The notes under the pieces were generated by a model. The model did no database searches. It saw only the letters and a list, made by a program, of their open reading frames with translations, and had not been told where the DNA came from. The translations under genes and the position numbers were made by a program. A DNA stretch of 64,000 bases. It comes from Candidatus Sericytochromatia bacterium. GTDB lineage: Bacteria; Cyanobacteriota; Sericytochromatia; S15B-MN24; JAQBPE01. Positions 37,054-46,393 of the stretch are shown piece by piece (the stretch's first letter is position 1; the number at the start of each line of letters is the position of its first letter). The stretch covers positions 96,001-160,000 of the forward strand of contig JAYKHR010000066.1 in NCBI GenBank assembly GCA_035285125.1. The letters run 5' to 3'.

Positions 37054-39264
37054 ATGACAGCTTCGAGAGACTATCCCAGGTTGTTGACGGCGCGCCTGCA
37101 AGAGGCGCTTCGGGAGCAGGACTGGGACGAAGCCATTGCCACCTTCGCCGCGCTGGACGCGGCCCACCCCGATCCCGAAGCCCAGCTGGTGCTGTGGGGC
37201 GAACTGCTGGAAGAGCTGAGCCGTCACGGGTTGGCCTGGGGGGATTGGCAGGACCGGTGGCCGGGTGGCGAAGCAGCCTTGGAGGGCGCAGTTTATTTCC
37301 TTGTGCGCGGCGTACAGGCCCTGTCGGAGGGCGCCTTCGACAGGGCCGGATTCTTCCTCGCGCGGGCTGCTGAGTCGTGCCCCGGCAGTCACGTGCCCGT
37401 GGCCTACCTCGGCGTCCTTCACGAGGCCCTGGGGTGTCCGTCGGAGGCTCTGGCCCACTACATGCGCTGCCTTGCCCGCGAACCAGGCTTGTTCAGCGTG
37501 CTCAACGCGGCCGGCAACCTCTACCACGAACTCGGCTTCTACGACGAAGCTTGTGAGCTCTACAGGCAGGCGCTACCCCTGCTGGCCGAGGCGGCCAACC
37601 GGGCCGTCGTCCTGGGCAATATGGGCAACTCCCTGCGCGCCCTTGGTCAGTTCGAGGCTGCGATCGAGGCCTACTCGGAGGCCTCCAGGCTCGTGCCTGC
37701 GCACCCCCGGGCGCCTCTCTCTCTGGCGGAGACCCTCCTCGAGGCCAGGCGCCCCGAAGAGGCCGTGGCGACCCTCGAGGCCGCGTTGCGGGATTCCGGC
37801 TACGACGAGTGGCCCACCGACCTTAGAGCGCAGCTTCACGCCATCCTCGCGCGCGCCTTCTCGCAACTTGGGAACCACGCCGCCGCCGCGGCCAACTGGT
37901 GGCAGCACCTGGCAGGGGACCTCTCCGACGAGGGCCGTGAGGGGGTGAGAGCGATGTTGAAGGCCCTGTATGCCTGGGCCGTCACCAGCCCGGGCGATGG
38001 CGCGTGCGAGAGGCTGCTTGCCAGGATGAACCGGCGGCTTGGCTACCTGGAGGCGGCCCTGCTTCACGCGAAGCGAGCTGTAAAGATCGCGCCGCACGCG
38101 CACGAGGCTTTTCAAGAACTTGGTGCGGGGCTGCTGCTGGTGGGCAAGGACAACGTCGCCCATGAGGCCCTGGACGAGGCTGCGGCCATCGCCCCCGGCA
38201 GCGCCGAGGTGCAGGCTCTCCGCGCCATGGCCGTCTGGCGAGAGGACCCGGACGTCGCCGAGGCCGCGCTCCTGGAGGCGTGCCGGCTGGAGCCGACCGA
38301 GGCCCTGCACCGGTGCGATCTGGGATGGCTGCGCACCGTGGCCGGGGACCAGCAGGGAGCCGAGCAGGCCTTCGTGGAGGCCCTGCTGCTCTGGGACCGC
38401 GCCCCCGTGCTCCTGGGCACCCACGGCCCGATCGGGCAGCGGGGCTGTTACGTGGACGTGCTCGACGCGGTGTTCGAGGGCCCCGCCTCGTTCGAGGAGC
38501 GTCTGAATGGCGGCACCTTCGCCGTGCTCGCCGGCCGCTTGGACGTCGGCCAGCAACTTCTGCAGCGCTGCCTGGCAGAGCGCCCGGACAGCGCCGAGGC
38601 AACGCGAAACCACGCCTGGTTACTCAGCCAGCAGGGCAGCGCCACCGAGGCTTGCGCCTGGTGGCAACGCGCCGCCAAGCTGTCGCCAGAGGATCGGATC
38701 TCCCGATTCTTCTGGCTTCGGGCGCGCGCCTCTCAAGGCAGCACGGAGAAGGAAGCCGTGTTGCGAGAGCTTCCCCGGCGTAGAGAACAGGATGCCGACG
38801 ACCCGCTCCTCACCCTGCTTGAAGGGAAGCTGAGGGAGCCCACGGCCGAGGCGTTGGCCTGTTATGGCGAGCTCATCTCGCAGCGACCAGGCACCTACTC
38901 GACATGGTACTGGCTCGGCCAGTGCCACTTCCACCGCAAGGAGCCCGATCTCGCAAGGCCAGCCCTCGAACGCTGTGTGGGCCTGAATCCAAGGTTTGTA
39001 CCGGGGCGACAGCTGCTGGCGAGCTGCTATGCCCAACTCGGAGACGAGGCGCGCAGCGCCTACCACCGTGGCCAGTGCCATTGGCAGGCAGGCCACCTGC
39101 ACCGCGCCAGGACCAACTTGAGCGCGGCACAGGCCCTCGACCCTGCCATGCCACGCCTTGCAGAGGAACTCGCGGCCCTCGACCGCCAGGTGGCCCTATG
39201 GACAGCCCCGGAGCTCGCAGAGGTGCTGGGGCGCCTGGCTTCAGCACCCTACCGGTCTGGCTGA
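37054..39264 (+). CDS. Tetratricopeptide repeat protein
   Basis: Multiple TPR-like units (GNLYHELGFYDEA, GNSLRALGQFEAA, WLGQCHF). Confidence 0.8.
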   Translation: MTASRDYPRLLTARLQEALREQDWDEAIATFAALDAAHPDPEAQLVLWGELLEELSRHGLAWGDWQDRWPGGEAALEGAVYFLVRGVQALSEGAFDRAGFFLARAAESCPGSHVPVAYLGVLHEALGCPSEALAHYMRCLAREPGLFSVLNAAGNLYHELGFYDEACELYRQALPLLAEAANRAVVLGNMGNSLRALGQFEAAIEAYSEASRLVPAHPRAPLSLAETLLEARRPEEAVATLEAALRDSGYDEWPTDLRAQLHAILARAFSQLGNHAAAAANWWQHLAGDLSDEGREGVRAMLKALYAWAVTSPGDGACERLLARMNRRLGYLEAALLHAKRAVKIAPHAHEAFQELGAGLLLVGKDNVAHEALDEAAAIAPGSAEVQALRAMAVWREDPDVAEAALLEACRLEPTEALHRCDLGWLRTVAGDQQGAEQAFVEALLLWDRAPVLLGTHGPIGQRGCYVDVLDAVFEGPASFEERLNGGTFAVLAGRLDVGQQLLQRCLAERPDSAEATRNHAWLLSQQGSATEACAWWQRAAKLSPEDRISRFFWLRARASQGSTEKEAVLRELPRRREQDADDPLLTLLEGKLREPTAEALACYGELISQRPGTYSTWYWLGQCHFHRKEPDLARPALERCVGLNPRFVPGRQLLASCYAQLGDEARSAYHRGQCHWQAGHLHRARTNLSAAQALDPAMPRLAEELAALDRQVALWTAPELAEVLGRLASAPYRSG

Positions 39265-40079
39265 ACCTTGGTAGGCGCGGCCCCTTCCGTCGCGCCTACC
39301 ACCACAGCGGGCAGCAGGCGAAGCTCGGAATCTCGGGAGGCCTCGGGGCCGGCCGACGCGATGGGAGCGGAATCCGGGGGCCAACCTCCGGGGACATAGG
39401 CAGTCAAGAGGCCATCAACCTCGAGCTTACGCGTCTCAGAGCCCACATAGATCGTGGTCCGCTCGATCATCCGGGCACATCCGACGCCCGGGACGTACCA
39501 GTAAGAGAGGGTGTCGCCCTCACCATCAGCGTAGCGGAGCACGTGATCAACCCGCCAACCCCGCCAGCGCCCCGCCGGCACCTCGACGTCCTCTTCCCCG
39601 ATCACGACCACCCGTTCCTCGTTGCCCGGCTTCAACGGGCGCCCCGGCCAAGACGCACCCACAGTGGGCGCACCCCGCAGGATGGTGAGCGAGGGTCCAT
39701 CCAAGGCGTCGGCCAGGCGCGAGAGCACCACGCCGTCCGGACGCACGAGCACCCTGGTGGGGGGCAACTGGAGCCCCCTGTAGCGACGTTCGAGCACGGC
39801 CTCAACGGTGCCCCCCGCTCTCGCCTCTGCCCGCAGGATGCCCATTTGCATGACGCGCTCGGGCAAGGGGCCGCCCTGACTGACCTGACGCAGCACGTAG
39901 TCCCAGCGCCCGCCAACAGGCACAGGATAGAGGTCCCGGGGGACCAAACTCGCCGCCACGCCACGCACGCCTGGCAGAGAGGGCTTCGCTGCCGACGCCA
40001 GCGGGCCGACGGGGCGAACGCACCCCACGCTTCCAACCAACACACCCAACAACACGAAGCCCAGTGCGATCTGTCGCAT
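39249..40079 (-). CDS. Hypothetical lipoprotein
   Basis: Lipobox VGC; EDVEVPAGRW..YWYVPGVG beta-rich motif common in uncharacterised lipoproteins. Confidence 0.6.
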   Translation of the reverse strand: MRQIALGFVLLGVLVGSVGCVRPVGPLASAAKPSLPGVRGVAASLVPRDLYPVPVGGRWDYVLRQVSQGGPLPERVMQMGILRAEARAGGTVEAVLERRYRGLQLPPTRVLVRPDGVVLSRLADALDGPSLTILRGAPTVGASWPGRPLKPGNEERVVVIGEEDVEVPAGRWRGWRVDHVLRYADGEGDTLSYWYVPGVGCARMIERTTIYVGSETRKLEVDGLLTAYVPGGWPPDSAPIASAGPEASRDSELRLLPAVVVGATEGAAPTKVQPDR

Positions 40080-40183
40080 GCGTTGGCCCTCTTGAAGGTT
40101 GATTGACGCCCCAAGCAAATGTTAAATTTATTTTAGATCCCTGTAAAGCGGTCTTTTCATCCAGCGGGATGAAGGAGGAAACC

Positions 40184-40582
40184 ATGCCCCTCGGCTGCGC
40201 CCCCCATCGACGCCTCCCCTTGCTGGTTGGGGCCCTGTTCGCGGCCGTCCTTCTGGCCGGGTGCGCGGGTCCCACCACGGTGATCGGCCGCCTCGCCCCG
40301 GATCGGGGCCAGGCCTCGGGCAAGCGGGCAGCCACCGGGGCCACCGCGGTAGATGAGAAGCGCCAGATCCTGGTCAAGTTCAAGGCGGAGCTGGTCGCCG
40401 CCGAAATGTCAGCGTTCCGGGCAACCTACGGTCTGAGAAACGTGAGTACCATTCCGGCCCTCGGCGTCTACGTCGAGGAGGTGGTCGAGGGGCGAAACCC
40501 AGACTCCGTCCTGCGGGACCTGCAGCAGTCGCCGCTGGTTGCCTACGCCGAGTTCAATGAGACCGTCAGCCTCGTCCCCTGA
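40184..40582 (+). CDS. Lipoprotein with subtilase (S8) propeptide-like domain
   Basis: Lipobox LAGC; QILVKFK..IPALGVY..SPLVAYAEFN; AAGGAGG RBS. Confidence 0.65.
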   Translation: MPLGCAPHRRLPLLVGALFAAVLLAGCAGPTTVIGRLAPDRGQASGKRAATGATAVDEKRQILVKFKAELVAAEMSAFRATYGLRNVSTIPALGVYVEEVVEGRNPDSVLRDLQQSPLVAYAEFNETVSLVP

Positions 40583-40728
40583 GGCTTCAATTTTCGGCTT
40601 GCTCGCTGCCACGGGCAAGGCTACGTGAGTCCCGCCTGACATCAGGCGGGGCTCATTTTCTTGGGGTCCGGGAGAAACAGAAAAGCCCTCCAGCCAGCTG
40701 GCTGGAGGGCAGTGCGGTTGGCCGCCGC

Positions 40729-41496
40729 CTACTTGGCAGTCTCCTTGAGCCAATCGGTGACGGTCTTGATCTCATCGGCAGAGAGGGTCTTGCCGAAAGC
40801 GGGCATACCGCCCTTGCCATTGGTCACCGAGTTGACAATGTCCCGACTGGCGAGGAAGTCCTTGCTCGCGAGGTTGGCCTGCGGCATGTTCTGCTTCGTC
40901 GGCCCGTGGCAAGCCTGGCAGTTGGCCGCGAAGATGGCTGCGCCATCCTTCTTAGCAGAAGGCGGTTGGGCCCCGCCACCCGCCGCGTGCGCACCGGGAG
41001 CGCCGTGACCGCCGGCAGCGGCCTTGAGTTCCTGCGCGTGAGGGTCGTTTGCGTCGTCCCAGTAGGCCTTGACCGTGAGGCCGACGACAAACAGCATCAA
41101 CAGCGACATCGACGCGACAGCGACCGGCCGACGGGTCCACCGACGGTAAGGGTTCGTGTCGTAAAACGGGAGCAGCAGGAGCGCCCCGGCAATCGCACCC
41201 GGAATGATCGCCACGGCAAAGATGGCGGTCCAGCCCGGAAAATACTTGAGCAGTTGGAAGAGCCACATGAAGTACCACTCAGGCCGGGGGAGGTACTGGC
41301 TCGTCGGGTCTGCCGGCGGGTCAAGATGAACGCCAACCTTGACGCTGAGGAAGATGAGGATGGCGAGCAACGCTGCCGCGACGATGACGTCCTTGTAGGT
41401 CGCGAAGGGGTGGAAGGCATAGCCCGCCTCCTTCATCTTCTTGTATTCGACCTCGTAGACTTGCTTTTCAGTGGGATCGTTGAAGAAGCCGCCCAT
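40729..41496 (-). CDS. qcrC: Cytochrome b6 subunit IV fused to monoheme cytochrome c (QcrC-like)
   Basis: PADP..PRPEWYF, three TM helices, CQACH, GKGGMPAF. Confidence 0.85.
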   Translation of the reverse strand: MGGFFNDPTEKQVYEVEYKKMKEAGYAFHPFATYKDVIVAAALLAILIFLSVKVGVHLDPPADPTSQYLPRPEWYFMWLFQLLKYFPGWTAIFAVAIIPGAIAGALLLLPFYDTNPYRRWTRRPVAVASMSLLMLFVVGLTVKAYWDDANDPHAQELKAAAGGHGAPGAHAAGGGAQPPSAKKDGAAIFAANCQACHGPTKQNMPQANLASKDFLASRDIVNSVTNGKGGMPAFGKTLSADEIKTVTDWLKETAK

Positions 41497-41499
41497 GGT

Positions 41500-42189
41500 T
41501 CAGTTGCTCCCCTTCACGCGGTCATACGCCTCGTCGAGCCGCTCGGGCAGGGGCGTGATGCCGATTCGGATGACCAGGTACAGGTGGATCCCGAGGAAGA
41601 CCAGCATCAGCGCCGGGATCATCAACATATGAATGGCATAGAAGCGCGTGAGCGTGAGCGCCCCGAGGGTCTCACCGCCACGCAGGATCTTCTTGGAGAG
41701 GTCACCCACGACGGGAATGGACTCGGGCACCTTGGTTCCCACCTCGGTGGCCCAGTAAGCCTTCTGGTCCCACGGCAGCAGGTAGCCCGTGAAGCCCAAC
41801 CCAAGCACGAGCCCCAGCAAGCCGACGCCCGACATCCACGTCAGTTCACGCGGGTACTTGTAGGCGCCGTAGAAGAAGACCTGCAGCATGTGCATCGTCA
41901 CAAGGATCACCATGGCGCTGGCGCCATAATGGTGCAGGCCCCGCACGATGTTGCCACCCCAGACGCTCTCCGTCAGGTATTTCACGCTGTCGTAGGCGTG
42001 GTCGGTCGTGGGCGCGTAGTACACGGCCAGGAACATTCCAGACACGGCCATGATGATGAAGGTGAACAGCGCGGCGAAGCCAAGCGTGTACCACCAGTCG
42101 ATCTTGGGCACGTTCCGGGACACGAGGGCGGCGTCGATGTCCCGGACTCCCAGGCGCAAATCGAGCCAGTCGAAGACTTTGCCCACCAT
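41500..42189 (-). CDS. qcrB: Short b6-type cytochrome b (QcrB/PetB-like)
   Basis: RGLHHYGAS..MHM, FTGYLLPWDQKAYWA, RFYAIH..IH with 14 residues between His3 and His4. Confidence 0.9.
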   Translation of the reverse strand: MVGKVFDWLDLRLGVRDIDAALVSRNVPKIDWWYTLGFAALFTFIIMAVSGMFLAVYYAPTTDHAYDSVKYLTESVWGGNIVRGLHHYGASAMVILVTMHMLQVFFYGAYKYPRELTWMSGVGLLGLVLGLGFTGYLLPWDQKAYWATEVGTKVPESIPVVGDLSKKILRGGETLGALTLTRFYAIHMLMIPALMLVFLGIHLYLVIRIGITPLPERLDEAYDRVKGSN

Positions 42190-42318
42190 TCGGAGACTCC
42201 TTCTACGTTGGTACAACAGGTGTGTGTATGCGGGCAGCGTCCGGGCGGCCGAGCGAGCGAGCGAACGGACAATGCCGGGATCCTACCTCCAGCGCCGAGG
42301 CCGCGTCAATGGCGCCCC

Positions 42319-43440
42319 TCACCGGTAGTAGACGCGAGGCAAGCGCTGCCCCAGGCCGCAAAGCACCTCATAGCTGATGGTGCCCGCTGCGGAGGCCCAC
42401 CGCTCGATCGAGATGGCGTCGGGTCCCTGCCCTCCGAGCAGGCAGACCTCCTCGCCTGGCTCGACCGGAAGGTCTCCCACGTCGATAACCGTCTGATCCA
42501 TCGAAACCCGGCCCACAATCGGACACGGCTGGCCCCTGACCACCACGGCCCCCTTGTTGGACAGCGAGCGTGGCAGGCCATCGGCGTAGCCCACTGGCAC
42601 CAGCGCAAGCCGCGTGGCCTTCGGCGCCGCCCAGGTCGAGCCGTATCCGACGCGGGCTCCCTGCCCGACATCCTTCACCTGGGAGACGCGGGCTCGAACG
42701 CTCATGACGGGGATCAGTGCCACGGGCGAGGGCTCCTCTGGGCGCGGAGAGTGGCCGTACAGCGCAAGCCCGACCCGGACCATGTCGAGGTGCGCATGGG
42801 GGAGAAAAATGGCGCCAGCGCTGTTGGCGACGTGCCGCAAGATCCCAATCTCGGCGGCGTGGAGGCGTTCCGCGAGGGCATTGAAGCTCTGCAACTGCCG
42901 CTCAGCATCGTGGGGCTGATCCGCTTCTGCCGAGGCGAAGTGCGAGGACAACCCGGTCATCCGCAGCGCATCCGAGTGAAGCACGTGCTGAGCCAGGCCA
43001 ATGGCCTCGTGCACCTCACACCCCACCCGCGTCATCCCAGTGTTCACCTTGAGGTGAAGCTCGGCAGCCCGCCCCAACCCGCGCGCAACGCGCTCAACCA
43101 GCCGGATCTGCCGAGCCGAGCTCACCGTCAGCTGCAGCCCGGCGTCGATGGCGGGTTGGTAAGCCGCATCAGGGACGATTCCCAGAACCAGGATGGGGGC
43201 CTGGTGGCCGCTGCGACGGAGCTTGACGCCCTCGTCCACCGTCGCCACCCCCAGCGAGGAAGCGCCGTGTTGCAAGGCCGCCTCGGCCACCATCGAGGCG
43301 CCGTGTCCGTAGGCGTCGGCCTTAACCACAGCCATCAACCTGGTGCCGGGGTTCAGGGCTGACCGCAAGGCGCGCACGTTGGCGGCCAACCCGACAAGAT
43401 CGATGCCCAGCCAGGCACCGCGCATGTTGGCCTGCTCCAT
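42319..43440 (-). CDS. alr: Alanine racemase
   Basis: AVVKADAYGHG, HLKVNTGMTRVG, GYADG, GRVSMDQ, GTISYE. Confidence 0.95.
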   Translation of the reverse strand: MEQANMRGAWLGIDLVGLAANVRALRSALNPGTRLMAVVKADAYGHGASMVAEAALQHGASSLGVATVDEGVKLRRSGHQAPILVLGIVPDAAYQPAIDAGLQLTVSSARQIRLVERVARGLGRAAELHLKVNTGMTRVGCEVHEAIGLAQHVLHSDALRMTGLSSHFASAEADQPHDAERQLQSFNALAERLHAAEIGILRHVANSAGAIFLPHAHLDMVRVGLALYGHSPRPEEPSPVALIPVMSVRARVSQVKDVGQGARVGYGSTWAAPKATRLALVPVGYADGLPRSLSNKGAVVVRGQPCPIVGRVSMDQTVIDVGDLPVEPGEEVCLLGGQGPDAISIERWASAAGTISYEVLCGLGQRLPRVYYR

Positions 43441-43576
43441 CGCCACCCGGAGGTGGGACTTCTGGAAGGCAGTGCGGGAGGTCTCGATCACAGGCGGATC
43501 GTACAACGGAACACAACGATTCTGCGAGGGGGGCTGGTAGGCAGGCCTCGGCGCACGGACGCGCCCTCGTCGACGT

Positions 43577-44770
43577 TCAGTCCGAGCCGCCAGAGTAGGG
43601 CCAGGTCAAAGCGAGTGAGACGTCCCAACCAGCTGTGGGGTCGGAGCCACCGGCGAGCAACGGGTACCTCAGCGAGACGGACGCCCGCTGCCAGCGCACG
43701 CCCACGCGCATGTGAGCCGCCGGGTGGACCCCGCCGCTGGGCCCCTGAATGACGGTGGCACGGGCGCCCAGGCCCCCCTCGAAGGAAACGGCCTCAGGGC
43801 CCTGGACGCGCCGCGACGTGGCGAGCACATCGACCGACATCGCGGCCCCTTCCGTGAGGCCCGGTGCAGCCCGGAGGGCTGACGGGGTGAAGGCGCCAAT
43901 CATCCAGACCCCCGGGCGCACATCGAGCGACGGAAGCACCGGCCTGTTGAACTCCAGCACCCAGGCGTCGAGAGGCAACCGCCCGGAAGCCATCGCGTAA
44001 CCCGCGCGCCAACCGCCCACGAGCCCAGGCCCCCGAGCCAAGCCAGGCGGGCTCGTGAGGGGCCCTGAGGGGCCAGGGGCCGGCAGGTCCGGCGCAGCGA
44101 GAGCAGGCTCCCCCACGGCCCCAAGGTCAGCGGGTGGGGTAGCCGTGGCAGAAGCGCCCGGAGTCGGCGAGGGAGCTGGGGGCCGGGGCTGCTCCAGCAA
44201 CGGCGACGGATTAGGGGTCCGGGCTGGCTCAGGGGCAGCCGGGGAAGGTGTCGGTGTGACGACGGGCGGCTTTTTGAGCACCGCTGGGCTCTCCGCTGGC
44301 GCCCCGACCACCGGCGGCGGCGGAATCCGAACGGAGGGGCCCTCCTCCTGGTAGGCCAGCCGCGTGTGGTACTCCGCCTTGGAGATTCGTCTCGCCAGGT
44401 AAGCATCCAGGTCGGCACGACGCACCCGGCAACGCTGCGATGCCACGCCGTGGACGTGCTCGAAGACCACCTCCACCGGAGCGGCGTAGCTTTGAAAGGC
44501 AGCGTAAGCCACCAGGCTGGCCCGCTTCAGGAAGAGCTCGCGCTCCATCGAGCCGCCACACGTCACCACCAGGCGCCGCGGCGCCTCGGCCGTGATAGAC
44601 AGAATGACGAGCCCTTCCCGGGCCGCGATGGCACGGACGGCCTCGAGCGGGAGAAGCCTCCCCCCTTCGACGGCCGACCCGCTGGCCCCCAGCGCCCGAC
44701 CTTCTCCCCCGACGAGAATCGCGAAGGCGAGACCCAACAGCCTGGAGACAACAAGGGCTCGCTGCGTCAC
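43577..44770 (-). CDS. Hypothetical exported protein with Pro-rich linker and beta-rich C-terminus
   Basis: N-terminal hydrophobic signal; overlaps the upstream ORF stop. Confidence 0.55.
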   Translation of the reverse strand: MTQRALVVSRLLGLAFAILVGGEGRALGASGSAVEGGRLLPLEAVRAIAAREGLVILSITAEAPRRLVVTCGGSMERELFLKRASLVAYAAFQSYAAPVEVVFEHVHGVASQRCRVRRADLDAYLARRISKAEYHTRLAYQEEGPSVRIPPPPVVGAPAESPAVLKKPPVVTPTPSPAAPEPARTPNPSPLLEQPRPPAPSPTPGASATATPPADLGAVGEPALAAPDLPAPGPSGPLTSPPGLARGPGLVGGWRAGYAMASGRLPLDAWVLEFNRPVLPSLDVRPGVWMIGAFTPSALRAAPGLTEGAAMSVDVLATSRRVQGPEAVSFEGGLGARATVIQGPSGGVHPAAHMRVGVRWQRASVSLRYPLLAGGSDPTAGWDVSLALTWPYSGGSD

Positions 44771-46062
44771 GGCTCGAAGATCTTGGCGCGAACGTCGGCA
44801 GGCACGAGTTCGGGCGCGGGATCAAGAATTCGCGCCTGCGCGTGTCCGCGGCTACCGGCGGCCTCAGTGCGTTCGACCTTGCGGGGCGGCTTCGACACCT
44901 TGAGCGCAGGCCGGGGTGCCCGCTCGGCCCTCGGCTTGGCCGCGGGCACCACCTGGGCGCTGCGCACCACCGGGGCAGGCACGAAGTCGACCTCTGCCAC
45001 AGGGGGGCGACTGCGCCCGAGCGGCGCAGCGGCGGACGAAACTTCCGTGCCTCTCAGTTCCAGCACTCGCTGCGACGCGTGGTTCGTCAGACCCTCGTCC
45101 TGGGAAATGGCGGCGATGCACTGCCAGGCACTCACGGCTCCCGCGCGGTCGCCATCGGCCTCCAGCTTGCTGGCCTCCGCCGCAAGCGCCACGAGAGCCT
45201 TGCGGAACCCTTCCTCCTCCGAAGCAGCCAGCACCTTCGGGCTGGGCTCCACGGCGAGCGCGGGGGCGCGCGCGGCGACCATCACGGCAATGATCCCTGC
45301 CGCGAGCAACGACCCACCGGCAGCGACCGCCACCCAGAGGCGCTTGGTGCGCTCAGCCTGCCACGCCGCGTCGGCGACTCCGTCGAACTCCTCCCGCCGG
45401 GCCTCGAGGCTGGCCTCCAGTTCCCGCCGTTCAGCCTCCGAACGACGCTGGGCCTCTTGAAGACCACGCTCGAGCGCCGCAGTGGCCTGAACCTGAGCGC
45501 CGAGGCGCGCCTCCACGTCCACGCAAGTGACCCGGAGGGCCGCCAGTTCCACGCGCAGCTGCTCAGCCTCCCGCCGAGAGGCGTCCGCTTCTGCCGCCAC
45601 CTTGTTGCGTTCGAGCAACACGGCTTCGAGCTTCTGCTCCAACTGAGCCGTCGCCGCCGGGGCCGGGGGGCTACCCTGGGAGGCGACGACGTCCCCCGCA
45701 TCCCCTCCGAGGGCTTGCCAACCTTCCAGCCAAGCGTGCCTGGCAGGCTCAGCCCAGACCTGCAGCCTCCCCAAGCGCTCGTACGCCCCGCGCCTGTCTT
45801 GCTCCACCCTGGCGTGCGCAGCGAGGGCCTCGACGGCGGCGACCTGAAGGGACTCGTCACGGGTCGTCAATGCCACCACCATCACCGCGTCCCAGCTCCG
45901 TGGAGCCTGTCGCAACATGCGCAGTGCGGCAAGCCTGGCCTCAGGGACATCGCCGCGCGCCAAGGCGTCGATGGCGGCGTCGTACCAGACGTGTTCTGGC
46001 ACGGCTGGCTCCGCAGGGGCAGCGGGGTTGGTGCGGGAAAGCTGAGGTTGAGGGTCGGTCAT
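44767..46062 (-). CDS. Hypothetical membrane protein with coiled coil
   Basis: Heptad-rich E/R/L/A segment followed by one TM helix (LWVAVAAGGSLLAAGIIAVMVAA). Confidence 0.6.
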   Translation of the reverse strand: MTDPQPQLSRTNPAAPAEPAVPEHVWYDAAIDALARGDVPEARLAALRMLRQAPRSWDAVMVVALTTRDESLQVAAVEALAAHARVEQDRRGAYERLGRLQVWAEPARHAWLEGWQALGGDAGDVVASQGSPPAPAATAQLEQKLEAVLLERNKVAAEADASRREAEQLRVELAALRVTCVDVEARLGAQVQATAALERGLQEAQRRSEAERRELEASLEARREEFDGVADAAWQAERTKRLWVAVAAGGSLLAAGIIAVMVAARAPALAVEPSPKVLAASEEEGFRKALVALAAEASKLEADGDRAGAVSAWQCIAAISQDEGLTNHASQRVLELRGTEVSSAAAPLGRSRPPVAEVDFVPAPVVRSAQVVPAAKPRAERAPRPALKVSKPPRKVERTEAAGSRGHAQARILDPAPELVPADVRAKIFEP

Positions 46063-46161
46063 GCCTGCGCCTGAAAGTGCCAGGGGATCACGCCCATCCT
46101 AGACAGAAGCGTCGCCCCCAGCAGTGGCAGACAGCACAGGCCTCCCGCCCCTCCCTGGCTG

Positions 46162-46356
46162 TCAGGGCTGGCGGATCACGTCAGGCGGGTTGTCTCGGTC
46201 CACCTGACGGGCGCCAGCCGCCCCACAGGGTTTGCACGTCAACCGCCCCAGCTTCGCAGCCCGCTGCAGGATGGGGATCTCTGCGGCCTGGCGCTTGTCG
46301 TCGGCCTTCACCTCAGACTCGCAGTGCTGACACTTGCCAATCACGATCATGGGCAC
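46162..46356 (-). CDS. Small zinc-ribbon-like protein
   Basis: CQHC..CKPC; AAAAAGGAG RBS upstream. Confidence 0.55.
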   Translation of the reverse strand: MPMIVIGKCQHCESEVKADDKRQAAEIPILQRAAKLGRLTCKPCGAAGARQVDRDNPPDVIRQP

Positions 46357-46393
46357 GTGGCTGTTCTCCTTTTTGCCTGGGGGCGGACCTGGC

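Noticed and set aside
36447..39264. HIRAN plus TPR genes as an antiphage system
   Set aside because: Divergently oriented, no nuclease or other effector motif, and no supporting defence context
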